Positions 42,922-51,804 of a stretch of DNA of 64,000 nucleotides are shown piece by piece. The notes beneath the pieces are model-generated. The model saw only the letters and a list, made by a program, of their open reading frames with translations, was not told where the DNA came from and searched no databases. The stretch is taken from assembly GCA_965222155.1 (NCBI GenBank), contig CBDCTH010000004.1, forward strand, positions 320,001 through 384,000. The letters run 5' to 3'. The DNA comes from Gammaproteobacteria bacterium (GTDB taxonomy: Bacteria > Pseudomonadota > Gammaproteobacteria > Eutrophobiales > Eutrophobiaceae). How positions within the stretch are numbered: position 1 is the stretch's first letter; each line of letters starts with the position of its first letter. The position numbers were made by a program, and so were the translations under genes.

Positions 42922-44169
42922 ATGCAGATTCCCAAACTTGACGACAGAGAATCTGAGATGCTGGCCGGGGGACTGGGTGCTGATAAACAACGAGCAATGA
43001 ACCTTTTAGTAGATTATGCCAAAGTGGTCGGAGCAAAAAAATTTGTTCCCATTGCTTCCGCCCACATTGATAGTTGCCTCTATCATGGACAATCCAGCAT
43101 AGATTTTATTGATAGATTTGTATCTCTTAAAGCCCGTGTCAGCGTGCCTACTACTCTTAATGTTGGTGCGGTGGATACGAAAAGTCCGGAATTAAATGTA
43201 GGTGATGAGGCTAGAATAGCAAGTCAACGTAAGTTAACGGAAAAATACACGAGAATAGGCTGTGTCCCCACACTTACATGTGCCCCATACCAGCGGCAAC
43301 AACGCCCAAAATTCGGTGAACATGTTGCCTGGGCTGAATCCAACGCGATCGTTTTTGCCAATTCAGTATTAGGAGCTCGAACGGAACGCTATGGAGATTT
43401 TGTTGATGTATGTGCGGCGATAACCGGCAGAGTCCCCCTAACAGGTTTACATTGCGATCAGAACCGTCTGGCATCAGTAGTGGTTGAAGTGGCAGAAATT
43501 CAGGAAGCGAAATTAGGTCGAGATATTTATTTTGGCTGCGTCGGTTATTGCCTTGGTAAGCATATTGGTTCCGCTATTTCCGTGATTATTGGAGTACCAA
43601 GCGATGCGAATGAGAATGAATTAAAATTACTGGGTGCTGCGGCAGCAACTTCTGGATCTGTAGCCTTGTTTCATATTGCTGGTATAACGCCGGAAGCACC
43701 GACTTTAGAACAGGTATTGCGCAGTTCTGACAGTAAAAACAAAAATCTCAACATTACAGCAGATGACTTACGGGCTGCCGCAAAAATGCTCTGTCCTGTT
43801 AAGCCAGGAGAGATCGTATCAGCAATTTGTCTGGGGACGCCCCATTTCTCAGTATCAGAATTTCAACACCTGACTGCTTTAGTCAAAGGCAAAAGGGCAG
43901 TAGTTGAAGTATATATTTCTACCTCACGAGAAATAGCCGCGCAAATTAAAGCTCAAAACTGGTATCAAAACCTGGTGGATTTTGGCGCATGTATTGTAGT
44001 AGATACATGTACTTATCTTGCACCAGTAGTGCGTGATTGCAGGGGTGTCATACTTACCAATTCCGTTAAATGGGCGCACTACGGCCCGGGCAATCTAAAG
44101 CGACGGGCCGGATTGATGTCAATTGAAGACTGCATTCGTTCAGCAGAATCAGGATTTGTCTGTGATTAG
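42922..44169 (+). CDS. Aconitase X catalytic subunit (cis-3-hydroxy-L-proline dehydratase-like)
   Basis: SAHIDSC, TCAPY, AWAESNA..FANSVLGART, LFHIAGITPEA, LGTPH, VDTC, TNSVK. Confidence 0.88.
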   Translation: MQIPKLDDRESEMLAGGLGADKQRAMNLLVDYAKVVGAKKFVPIASAHIDSCLYHGQSSIDFIDRFVSLKARVSVPTTLNVGAVDTKSPELNVGDEARIASQRKLTEKYTRIGCVPTLTCAPYQRQQRPKFGEHVAWAESNAIVFANSVLGARTERYGDFVDVCAAITGRVPLTGLHCDQNRLASVVVEVAEIQEAKLGRDIYFGCVGYCLGKHIGSAISVIIGVPSDANENELKLLGAAAATSGSVALFHIAGITPEAPTLEQVLRSSDSKNKNLNITADDLRAAAKMLCPVKPGEIVSAICLGTPHFSVSEFQHLTALVKGKRAVVEVYISTSREIAAQIKAQNWYQNLVDFGACIVVDTCTYLAPVVRDCRGVILTNSVKWAHYGPGNLKRRAGLMSIEDCIRSAESGFVCD

Positions 44170-44254
44170 TTGTTCAAGAATATATGTAATCAATTAGAAA
44201 AAAAGAGTATTTGAATTTAAATGGTTGGAATTATCGTACGGTCGAGATTACAAA

Positions 44255-44731
44255 ATGTCTAATGGTATGGATTCGCAAAACGTTACTCATGATACTTTTG
44301 ACGCTGACCATATTATTATAGGTGACACAATTCACCACGGCACCGCCCAAGGTGACATATTACTGTTAAATGAACCACTGAGTTTCTGGGGAGGGATCGA
44401 ATTAGAGAGTGGAGAAATTTGTGACACATCCCACCCGCAGCACGGTTTGAATATTAAGGACCGTATTCTTGTTATGGTGTCCGGCCGAGGATCTTCGTCA
44501 TCTTCCAGTGCATTAGTTGAGAGTGTATATAGACGTACAGCGCCTTGTGCAATCGTAATGCAATGCATTGACAGCATACTCGCAATAGGTGCGTTCGTAG
44601 CAGCAGATTTGTACAACATAAAGATTCCTGTTGTTACCGTCAGCGCGCAGGAATGGTTAAAACTAGCGAACAGTAAATTTCTCTCTATTGAAGCGACAGA
44701 TGAATGTGCTCACATACGAATAACGCCGTGA
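44255..44731 (+). CDS. Aconitase X small (swivel, DUF126) subunit
   Basis: PLSFWGGI...GEICD..HPQ, GRGSSSSS. Confidence 0.85.
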   Translation: MSNGMDSQNVTHDTFDADHIIIGDTIHHGTAQGDILLLNEPLSFWGGIELESGEICDTSHPQHGLNIKDRILVMVSGRGSSSSSSALVESVYRRTAPCAIVMQCIDSILAIGAFVAADLYNIKIPVVTVSAQEWLKLANSKFLSIEATDECAHIRITP

Positions 44732-44903
44732 AAACTGGGACACAGATATGACGGAATAGGCTAGGGAGGTATTCTAAATCCGAGGATACAGGCGCTACGC
44801 CCGCTTCGAGTTTCGTCGTTCAGTCTGGCTTCAACCACAAGTGAAACGGAAGGGTCAACAGCTACCCTGCCGGCGTTACTTGATTGTCAATCGGAGATTT
44901 TAA

Positions 44904-45012
44904 ATTGTACTATTACACCTACAACGAAGTGATAAAATCAGTTTTTCATTTTGTGTAAGCGAATATAAGAGTTGTGCGAAGTGATTCAGTTAATAATACG
45001 GATGTCACTAAA
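44904..45012. repeat. Element right end, copy 1
   Basis: CGAAGTGAT at 44925 and 44977; terminal GGATGTCACTAAA; homologous to 46263-46371. Confidence 0.8.
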
Positions 45013-45285
45013 CCATTCAACATCGCCTCCTATTCCCTGCTGACCCTGATGATTGCCCAGGTCACCGGTCTTGCGCCGGGCGAGTTCGTGCATACGCTGG
45101 GAGATGCGCACCTGTATATGAACCACCTGGAGCAGGCGGACGTGCAGTTGACCAGAGATCCCCTGCCGCCGCCGCAGATGAAGATCAATCCCGAGGTAAA
45201 AAGTATTTTTGATTTCCGCTACGACGATTTTGAGCTAATCGAATACCAGGCGCATTCGTCCATCCCCGCACTTATCGCCGTTTAA
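45013..45285 (+). pseudogene. thyA: thyA 3' part, copy 1 (90 codons)
   Basis: [11 protein letters not shown]...GDAHLYMNH...LIAV*. Confidence 0.95.
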
Positions 45286-45402
45286 ATGATCATTTCGCTT
45301 ATAATTGCCATGGACCGCCAGGACCACTCGGCAGACGCGCACAACGAATATCCCTACAGCTTCTTGGTACTGGCAAGAAACAAAAAGGATGCTCACCGAT
45401 AA
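45286..45402 (+). pseudogene. folA: folA remnant with a large internal deletion
   Basis: MIISLIIAMDR fused to QDHSADAHNEYPYSFLVL, matching both ends of the intact folA at 48365. Confidence 0.85.
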
Positions 45403-45477
45403 ATTGACTATCTATAAAAGATGACGATATAAAACAAACCCGCTATACTCAAAGTCAACAATCCGGATAGATTTGTT

Positions 45478-45672
45478 ATGGGTAAAAAAATAAAAAATTG
45501 GTTGCGAGGCGCGTCATCCACTCTTGAACTGTGGCCGGATACCTCTTCGAGGATGAAGGAGGAATTTCTGCGCCGCTCCGATTCAGAAGCGTTGTCCCGT
45601 GATTGGCAACGCATCGGCAACGATATAAAAACCGCTATAGGGAAATACGAACATGGGAAGACCGCGACATAG
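45478..45672 (+). CDS. Small hypothetical protein (partner of the DUF2335-like gene)
   Basis: SDSEALSRDWQRIGNDIKTAI; overlaps the next gene. Confidence 0.55.
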   Translation: MGKKIKNWLRGASSTLELWPDTSSRMKEEFLRRSDSEALSRDWQRIGNDIKTAIGKYEHGKTAT

Positions 45673-46090
45673 CTCTCAGCGTAAAGCGCCTGTCAAAAAA
45701 CAACAGCTACCTACGCAACAACAAACCAGTCAACAAGTCGTTCAAGTTACGGAACAATTCAGTGGTCCCCTTCCTCCCCCGAACGTGCTCGAACGATATA
45801 ATCAGGTAGTGCCCGACGCTGCAAACCGTATCATTGCGGTGGCTGAGCAGGAAACAGGCCATCGCCGTAATATGGAGCGATTAATTATTTCTAACGAATA
45901 CCAGGAAGCAAAAATGGGACAGACCTGTGCGGTAATCATCGGTTCTTTGGCGATTATTTCCAGAGCGACCATATCAGTGCTGGGCGCACAGTTGGCAGGG
46001 GCGGCAATAGGAGGATGCGGCGTGATTGGCCTTGTTTCAGTATTTGTTCTCGGCAGAAAAGGTGATTTGCGACGTCAACAGGATAAGTAG
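45653..46090 (+). CDS. DUF2335-like membrane protein
   Basis: FSGPLPPP..L..Y....PDAANRII..AEQE..HR followed by hydrophobic helices. Confidence 0.75.
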   Translation: MGRPRHSSQRKAPVKKQQLPTQQQTSQQVVQVTEQFSGPLPPPNVLERYNQVVPDAANRIIAVAEQETGHRRNMERLIISNEYQEAKMGQTCAVIIGSLAIISRATISVLGAQLAGAAIGGCGVIGLVSVFVLGRKGDLRRQQDK

Positions 46091-46262
46091 AAATGGTGGG
46101 TATTTATCATTAATGAGAGCTGAATTTACAACCTTTTCCCCGCCGAACTAAAAAGTTTTCATCCCAGCCTTGCAGGCTACAGTTCTGTGGTGAGAAACGG
46201 GGACTGTTAATCTGATTTACTCTATCAGACGGAAGTCTTAGTTACTTATTTCCATATTTGTA

Positions 46263-46371
46263 ATCGTACTATCCTGTCTCCAGTGAGGTGATAAAATCAA
46301 CTCCTCATTTTGTGAAAGCGAATATCAGAATTGCGCGAAGTGATTTGGCTACATTTATGGATGTCACTAAA
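46263..46371. repeat. Element right end, copy 2
   Basis: ATTGCGCGAAGTGAT (46330-46344) is the perfect inverse of 7314-7328; terminal GGATGTCACTAAA. Confidence 0.8.
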
Positions 46372-46644
46372 CCGTTCAACATCACCTCCTATTCCCTGCT
46401 CACCCTGATGATAGCCCGGGTGACCGGTCTTGCGCCGGGTGAATTCGTCCATACGCTGGGAGACATGCACCTGTATATGAACCACCTGGAGCAGGCAGAT
46501 GAGCAGCTGAAAAGAGACCCCCTGCCACCACCGCAGATGAAGATCAATCCAGACGTTAACGATATATTTGACTTCCGTTACGAAGATTTCGAGCTGGTCG
46601 ATTACCAGGCGCACCCGTCCATAGCCGCCCCCATTGCCGTTTGA
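46372..46644 (+). pseudogene. thyA: thyA 3' part, copy 2 (90 codons)
   Basis: [11 protein letters not shown]...GDMHLYMNH...PIAV*. Confidence 0.95.
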
Positions 46645-46781
46645 TCAGCGCCAGCGCTGCCAGGACATCTTTTGTTCCGGCTATAGCGCGTGAAATACTT
46701 TGACAATATCCCGGTTTGGAATTAATTTGTAATATGTAAAGACCATAAAATGGGTAAATGGTCTATATATAAATCAATATA

Positions 46782-47120
46782 ATGTCAAAATCAGTCACAC
46801 ACAGCTATTCACGTTACAGTCGCGCGGCAGTCAGTCTCCTGGGCAAACTGATTCGCGCCGCACGCAAGCAACGCAAACTCACCGCCCAGGAAACAGCGGA
46901 CCGGGCCGGCATTTCCAGGGGGCTGCTGCAACGTATTGAGAGAGGTGACCCGAAATGCGGGATCGGTGCAGTGTTTGAAGTTGCCACTGTCGTTGACGTG
47001 AAACTGTTTGACGCTGATGAAACCGTGCTTGCCCGTCATATTCAGCAAACGGAAAACCACCTGGCGCTCCTCCCCAAGTCAGTGCGCAGGTCCCCACGGA
47101 CGGTAGATGATGATTTCTAG
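46782..47120 (+). CDS. XRE HTH antitoxin (HipB-like)
   Basis: IRAARKQRKLTAQETADRAGISRGLLQRIERGDP; overlaps the HipA-like gene. Confidence 0.85.
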   Translation: MSKSVTHSYSRYSRAAVSLLGKLIRAARKQRKLTAQETADRAGISRGLLQRIERGDPKCGIGAVFEVATVVDVKLFDADETVLARHIQQTENHLALLPKSVRRSPRTVDDDF

Positions 47121-48357
47121 AGAGGCCTTTGTCTGGATATGGCTGCCCGATCAAACAGAGCCTGTTGTTGCGGGCAGGCTCGAAGCTGACAACGACCTGG
47201 TTCTATTCAACTACGGGCGAAGTTATCTTGAGCGGATCAACGATTCAATGCCTGCTATCCCCATCTATGATCCGGAATTACCGTTAAGGGCCGGCGAGTT
47301 GCCCCTCACCAATGGCTTGAGTATGCCTGGTTGTATTCGTGACGCCTCGCCCGATGCATGGGGTCGGCGGGTGATTATTAATAAAAAACTGGGGCTGAAG
47401 GCTGAGGGGACGGATACGGGCGAACTGGATGAACTGACTTATCTTCTGGAATCCGGTTCTGACCGTGCCGGGGCGTTGGATTTTCAACAATCGCCTTCTG
47501 AATATGTGCCTCGTTCTGCAGGCAACGTGGAATTGGAAGAGTTGCTTCAATCTGCCGAGCGTGTAGAGCAAGGCATACCGCTGACGCCGGAACTGGACCT
47601 GGCGCTACTGCACGGCAGTTCAATTGGTGGCGCACGCCCCAAGGCATTGATCGAAGACAGGGGTGTAAAATACATCGCAAAGTTCTCATCCGGCAGTGAT
47701 CTTTACAACGTGATCAAAGCGGAATTTATCGCGATGAAACTCGCCGCTCTCGCGGGGATCAATGTGGCACCGGTGAAACTGGCAAGTGCAGCCGGTAAGG
47801 GTGTACTGCTGGTCAAGCGCTTTGACCGGAATTACTCCGGTGAAGGCTGGACACGTAAAGCAATGGTGTCAGCACTGACGCTGCTTGGTCTTGATGAGGT
47901 GATGGCGCGCTATGCCAGCTATGAGACCCTGGCCGAGATAATCCGCCATCGTTTCACCGATCCGAAGCAGACATTGAGAGAATTATTCTCGCGCCTGGTC
48001 TTTAACGTTCTGTGCGGCAATACGGATGATCATGCGCGTAACCACGCGGCATTCTGGGAGGGCAGGGAATTAACGCTCACGCCGGCTTATGATATCTGTC
48101 CGCAGGGTCGTACCGGCAATGAAGCCTCGCAGGCAATGCTGATATCGGAGAACAATAATTCCAGCCGGCTGACAACCTGCCTTGAGACTGCACACAACTA
48201 CCTGATAGCGGAAGCTGATGCGAGAGCCGTTATTGATAACCTGAAAGCGGCAATCGAAGAACACTGGGATGCAGTATGCGATGAAGCAAAGCTTGGTGAA
48301 ATCGATAAAAGATTACTCTGGGGCAGGCAATTCCTTAACCCCTATTCGATTACTTAA
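47107..48357 (+). CDS. HipA-family kinase toxin
   Basis: PDAWGR, SIGGARPKA, IAKF, VKRFDR, GNTDDHARNH, LTPAYDI. Confidence 0.92.
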   Translation: MMISREAFVWIWLPDQTEPVVAGRLEADNDLVLFNYGRSYLERINDSMPAIPIYDPELPLRAGELPLTNGLSMPGCIRDASPDAWGRRVIINKKLGLKAEGTDTGELDELTYLLESGSDRAGALDFQQSPSEYVPRSAGNVELEELLQSAERVEQGIPLTPELDLALLHGSSIGGARPKALIEDRGVKYIAKFSSGSDLYNVIKAEFIAMKLAALAGINVAPVKLASAAGKGVLLVKRFDRNYSGEGWTRKAMVSALTLLGLDEVMARYASYETLAEIIRHRFTDPKQTLRELFSRLVFNVLCGNTDDHARNHAAFWEGRELTLTPAYDICPQGRTGNEASQAMLISENNNSSRLTTCLETAHNYLIAEADARAVIDNLKAAIEEHWDAVCDEAKLGEIDKRLLWGRQFLNPYSIT

Positions 48358-48364
48358 GAACTCA

Positions 48365-48868
48365 ATGATCATTTCACTCATTGTCGCCATGGACCGCCGG
48401 GGCGTGATCGGCGCCGGCGGCGCCTTGCCCTGGCGCCTGTCCGGTGATTTGCGCCATTTCAAGGCGATCACCATGGGCAAACCCATTATCATGGGCAGGA
48501 AGACCCATGAATCCGTCGCCCGCCCGCTACCCGGACGGCAGAACATCGTTCTCACCCGGCAACCGGATTACACGGCGCCAGGCTGTGACGTTTTCCATGA
48601 CGCGGAAAGCGCACTGGCTGCCTGCGCCGGCCATGAGGAGGTCATGATCATGGGAGGAGCCGCGTTGTACGAACAGTTCCTGCCCCAGGCCATGCGTATC
48701 TACCTGACCCGGGTGGAGGCGGAAGTCAACGGCGATACCCGGTTCCCGCAGTTCGACGAGAGCGCCTGGAACGAGGTCGAACGCCGGGACCACCCGGCGG
48801 ACGAGCGCAACGAGTATCCCTACAGTTTGCTGCTCCTGGAAAGAAAGGGAATTTTGGGGTCAGAGTAA
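48365..48868 (+). CDS. folA: Dihydrofolate reductase
   Basis: ISLIVAMD, LPWRL..DLRHFK, IMGRKT, RPLPGRQNIV, MGGA, GDTRFP. Confidence 0.96.
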   Translation: MIISLIVAMDRRGVIGAGGALPWRLSGDLRHFKAITMGKPIIMGRKTHESVARPLPGRQNIVLTRQPDYTAPGCDVFHDAESALAACAGHEEVMIMGGAALYEQFLPQAMRIYLTRVEAEVNGDTRFPQFDESAWNEVERRDHPADERNEYPYSLLLLERKGILGSE

Positions 48869-48928
48869 AAATACGCAAGAACAAATCAACGCGTTTTGCC
48901 AACCAGACTGTATTTTTACTCTGACCCC
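48856..48928. repeat. Inverted-repeat element between convergent folA and apaH (possible terminator or MITE)
   Basis: GGGGTCAGAGTAAAAATAC ... GTATTTTTACTCTGACCCC. Confidence 0.7.
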
Positions 48929-48937
48929 AAATATCTG

Positions 48938-49759
48938 TCATCTCTGCCTTGACGGCGTCCTGAAATACGTTTCATCCTCCAGCCGCAGGGCGACCAGTTC
49001 GCCGCCCCAGACGCAGCCCATATCCAGGGGGTAGACGTTGAAGCGGCCGTAGTCCTGGCGGTAATCCCTGAGTGCGGCCCAGTGGCCGAACAGGATTTTG
49101 TCCGGCCGGCTTTTTCTGTCTGTCACCTCGAACCAGGGCAGCGCGGATTCTGCGCCGGGCGCGCCTTTCTCTTCCAGTTCCAGCACGCCGTCCCCGCTAC
49201 AGTAGCGGATACGCGTCAGGCAGTTGGTGATAAAACGCAGCCGCTCCCAGCCGTCCAGGTCGGCGGACCAGCGGGCCGGTTCGTTTCCGTACATATTGGC
49301 GAAGTAGTCTTTGTATTGCGGACCCCGTAATACCTGCTCCACTTCCTGCGCGTATTCCAGGGCCTGGTCAAGCCGCCACTGCGGCGGCAAGCCGGCGTGC
49401 AACAGCGTGAAGCCGGTTTGTTCATCGTGATGGATCAGGGGCAGGTGTCGTAACCAGTCCAGCAGCTCGGCGCAATCATCCGTCGCCAGTATCTCATCCA
49501 GGGTATCTGCGTCATGCTGGTACTGGGGCTGGCCGTTGCCGATCGCCAGCAAATGCAGTTCATGGTTGCCCAATACCGTGATGGCCGTATCCCCCAGGTC
49601 TTTGACAAAACGCAGACAGGCCAGTGATTGCGGGCCGCGGTTGACCAGGTCACCGGTAAACCAGAGCCGGTCACGACCGGGTTCGAACCGGACCTGCTCC
49701 AGCAGGTCCATCAGTTCATCGTAGCATCCCTGCAGGTCGCCAATGGCAAAGGTCGGCAT
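48938..49759 (-). CDS. apaH: Symmetrical bis(5'-nucleosyl)-tetraphosphatase
   Basis: AIGDLQGC, GDLVNRGPQS, LGNHE, FGHWAAL, CVWGG. Confidence 0.95.
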   Translation of the reverse strand: MPTFAIGDLQGCYDELMDLLEQVRFEPGRDRLWFTGDLVNRGPQSLACLRFVKDLGDTAITVLGNHELHLLAIGNGQPQYQHDADTLDEILATDDCAELLDWLRHLPLIHHDEQTGFTLLHAGLPPQWRLDQALEYAQEVEQVLRGPQYKDYFANMYGNEPARWSADLDGWERLRFITNCLTRIRYCSGDGVLELEEKGAPGAESALPWFEVTDRKSRPDKILFGHWAALRDYRQDYGRFNVYPLDMGCVWGGELVALRLEDETYFRTPSRQR

Positions 49760-49836
49760 CGATATGTGGTCAGAAGCGGTTGGATATCACCAAATCCTGC
49801 GTGATCATCGCATCCATTGGTAATGAGAAATCCGGG

Positions 49837-50220
49837 CTAATGCAGCGTGTGCGGTGTGGCCAGGTTAAAAATCGGGATTGGGGAAGCGAATTCAACGCCG
49901 TCTTCAGCCAGCATGTCGTAAGCGCCCTCCATGCAGCCCACCGGGGTCTCCAGAACGGCGCCACTGGTATATTGAAAAGTCTGGCCGGGAAGCAGGTGGG
50001 GCTGCTCGCCGACGACCCCGTCCCCATGGACTTCCTGTACCTTGTTATTCGCATCGGTGATGACCCAGTGCCGGCGCAGCAGGGTTGCGGATACGCTACC
50101 TGTATTGGTAATCGAAATGGTATAGGCAAATACAAACCGGTTGTCTTCAGGAAGAGATTGTTCCTGAATATAGGCGGTTTTTACCCTAACGGAAAATTCG
50201 TAACGTTCAGTGTCCATCAT
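49837..50220 (-). CDS. apaG: ApaG
   Basis: FAYTISITN, RRHWVITD, GDGVVGEQP, YTSGAVLETPVG. Confidence 0.95.
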   Translation of the reverse strand: MMDTERYEFSVRVKTAYIQEQSLPEDNRFVFAYTISITNTGSVSATLLRRHWVITDANNKVQEVHGDGVVGEQPHLLPGQTFQYTSGAVLETPVGCMEGAYDMLAEDGVEFASPIPIFNLATPHTLH

Positions 50221-50292
50221 AATGTATTTTACCTTATTGCCTGGCGTCAAACATGTCAATAATTACGGCCATGGTTTCGGTCGGCTGTCCTT

Positions 50293-51804
50293 TCAAACCC
50301 CGCCGGAACTATTGCGATAGGAAATCGCTTCGCTCAGGTGTTGCGGCATGATGGCATCGGATTCTGCCAGATCTGCCACAGTTCTTGCCACGCGTAACAT
50401 GCGATACATGCCGCGCGTGGATAAATTCAGTTGTTTTACGGCCTTGTGCAACAATTCAGTCAGTTGCTGGTCGAGGCAGCAGTATATTCCCAGTTCCTCA
50501 TTTTTCAACAGGTGGTTCTGCTTGCCGGCGCGCGCCTGTTGCCGGCGATAAGCCCGGATAACCCTGTGCCGCACCTGCGCGCTGGTCTCCGGCCGTTCAT
50601 CCTGCAGCCTCTCCAGGATGTCCGGTGAGACGTTCGCTACTTCGATATGGACGTCCACCCGGTCCAGCAACGGACCGGACACCTTACCCCGATAACGCCT
50701 GATCTGTTCTGAACTGCACTGGCAGCGCCCGCTGCGGTCACCAAAATGGCCGCAGGGGCAGGGGTTCATGGCGCCGATAAATTGAAACCTGGCAGGGTAT
50801 TCGGTTTGTCTTGCAGCCCGGGAAATGCTTATTTTCCCCGCCTCCAGCGGTTCCCGCAGGGCTTCGAGGACGGCGCGGTTGAACTCCGGCAACTCATCCA
50901 GGAACAGGACGCCGTTGTGCGCCAGCGATATCTCTCCCGGGCGCGGCTGACTGCCGCCACCCACCAGGGCGACAGACGAGGCCGAGTGGTGCGGCGAGCG
51001 CACCGGGCGCTGCTTCCAATCTTCAATGTTGAATCCCTGGGCGCTGACGGAATGAATCGCCGCCGTGGCCATGGCTTCCTCCTCACTCATGGGCGGCAGG
51101 ATGCCGGGCAAGCGCTCAGCCAGCATCGTTTTACCGCTGCCGGGGGGACCGACCATCATCAGGTTGTGGCCTCCCGCCGCACAGGTTTCCAGGGCGCGTT
51201 TGGCAAAATGATGGGAATGGACATCAGACAGGTCCGGGTATGTTGGAGTATCCAGGGGCAAATTCTTACTGTTGCTGAAGCGCGGCAACGAGCCGGGACC
51301 ATTGAGATGGGTGCAAACAGACAGCAAATGACTTGCCGCTAACACCGTCAACTTATTGATAAGTCCGGCTTCTGCGGCATTTTGCTCGGGCAGTATCAAA
51401 GCCCGTCCGGTTTTGTTGATGGCGTACGCACTGGGCAGTACGCCGACGACTGGTCTTAATTCGCCGGTGAGGGCCAGTTCACCGATAAATTCGTAGTGTT
51501 GCAGAGAGCCCCCGGCAACCTGGCCGGAGGCCACCAGAATCCCGATCGCGATAGCCAAATCATACCTTCCTCCTTCTTTAGGTAAATCCGCAGGAGCCAG
51601 GTTGACGGTGATCCGCTTCAATGGAAACTCGAAATGATTGGTTAAAATGGCGCTCCTGACGCGCTCCCGGCTCTCTTTAACCGCTGTTTCGGGCAAACCG
51701 ACTATATGAAATGTGGGCAGGCCCCGTGACAGGTGTATTTCGACCGTAACCTGGATTGAATCGATCCCTGCCAGGGCGCGTGAATAAGTCTTTGCAATCT
51801 CCAT
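50293..51804 (-). CDS. comM: YifB/ComM Mg-chelatase-like AAA+ ATPase
   Basis: VGLPETAVKESRERVR, GPPGSGKT, PHHSAS, PGEISLAHNGVLFLDELPEF, NPCPCG. Confidence 0.95.
   Translation of the reverse strand: MEIAKTYSRALAGIDSIQVTVEIHLSRGLPTFHIVGLPETAVKESRERVRSAILTNHFEFPLKRITVNLAPADLPKEGGRYDLAIAIGILVASGQVAGGSLQHYEFIGELALTGELRPVVGVLPSAYAINKTGRALILPEQNAAEAGLINKLTVLAASHLLSVCTHLNGPGSLPRFSNSKNLPLDTPTYPDLSDVHSHHFAKRALETCAAGGHNLMMVGPPGSGKTMLAERLPGILPPMSEEEAMATAAIHSVSAQGFNIEDWKQRPVRSPHHSASSVALVGGGSQPRPGEISLAHNGVLFLDELPEFNRAVLEALREPLEAGKISISRAARQTEYPARFQFIGAMNPCPCGHFGDRSGRCQCSSEQIRRYRGKVSGPLLDRVDVHIEVANVSPDILERLQDERPETSAQVRHRVIRAYRRQQARAGKQNHLLKNEELGIYCCLDQQLTELLHKAVKQLNLSTRGMYRMLRVARTVADLAESDAIMPQHLSEAISYRNSSGGV

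Larger units (their letters stand above)
7208..46371. mobile_element. thyA-integrated genomic island with tyrosine-recombinase module (right end at 45012 or 46371)
   Basis: Splits thyA in frame. Terminal inverted motif TTTAGTAAC (7214-7222) vs GTCACTAAA (45004-45012, 46363-46371); repeated ATCACTTCG boxes; recombinase genes; AT-richer than the flanks. Confidence 0.88.

Noticed and set aside
7208-45012. Insert as a self-splicing group I intron or intein
   Set aside because: It is 38 kb, contains genes on both strands and has recombinase-type ends; no intron core or intein motifs were recognisable.
44974-46644. ORFs 44974-45285 and 46288-46644 as independent genes, and 6656-7330 as a full gene
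   Set aside because: Their extra termini are read-through into the non-coding element ends; only the ThyA-homologous parts are meaningful.
50293-51804. comM as an integration hotspot
   Set aside because: The gene is intact and uninterrupted here.
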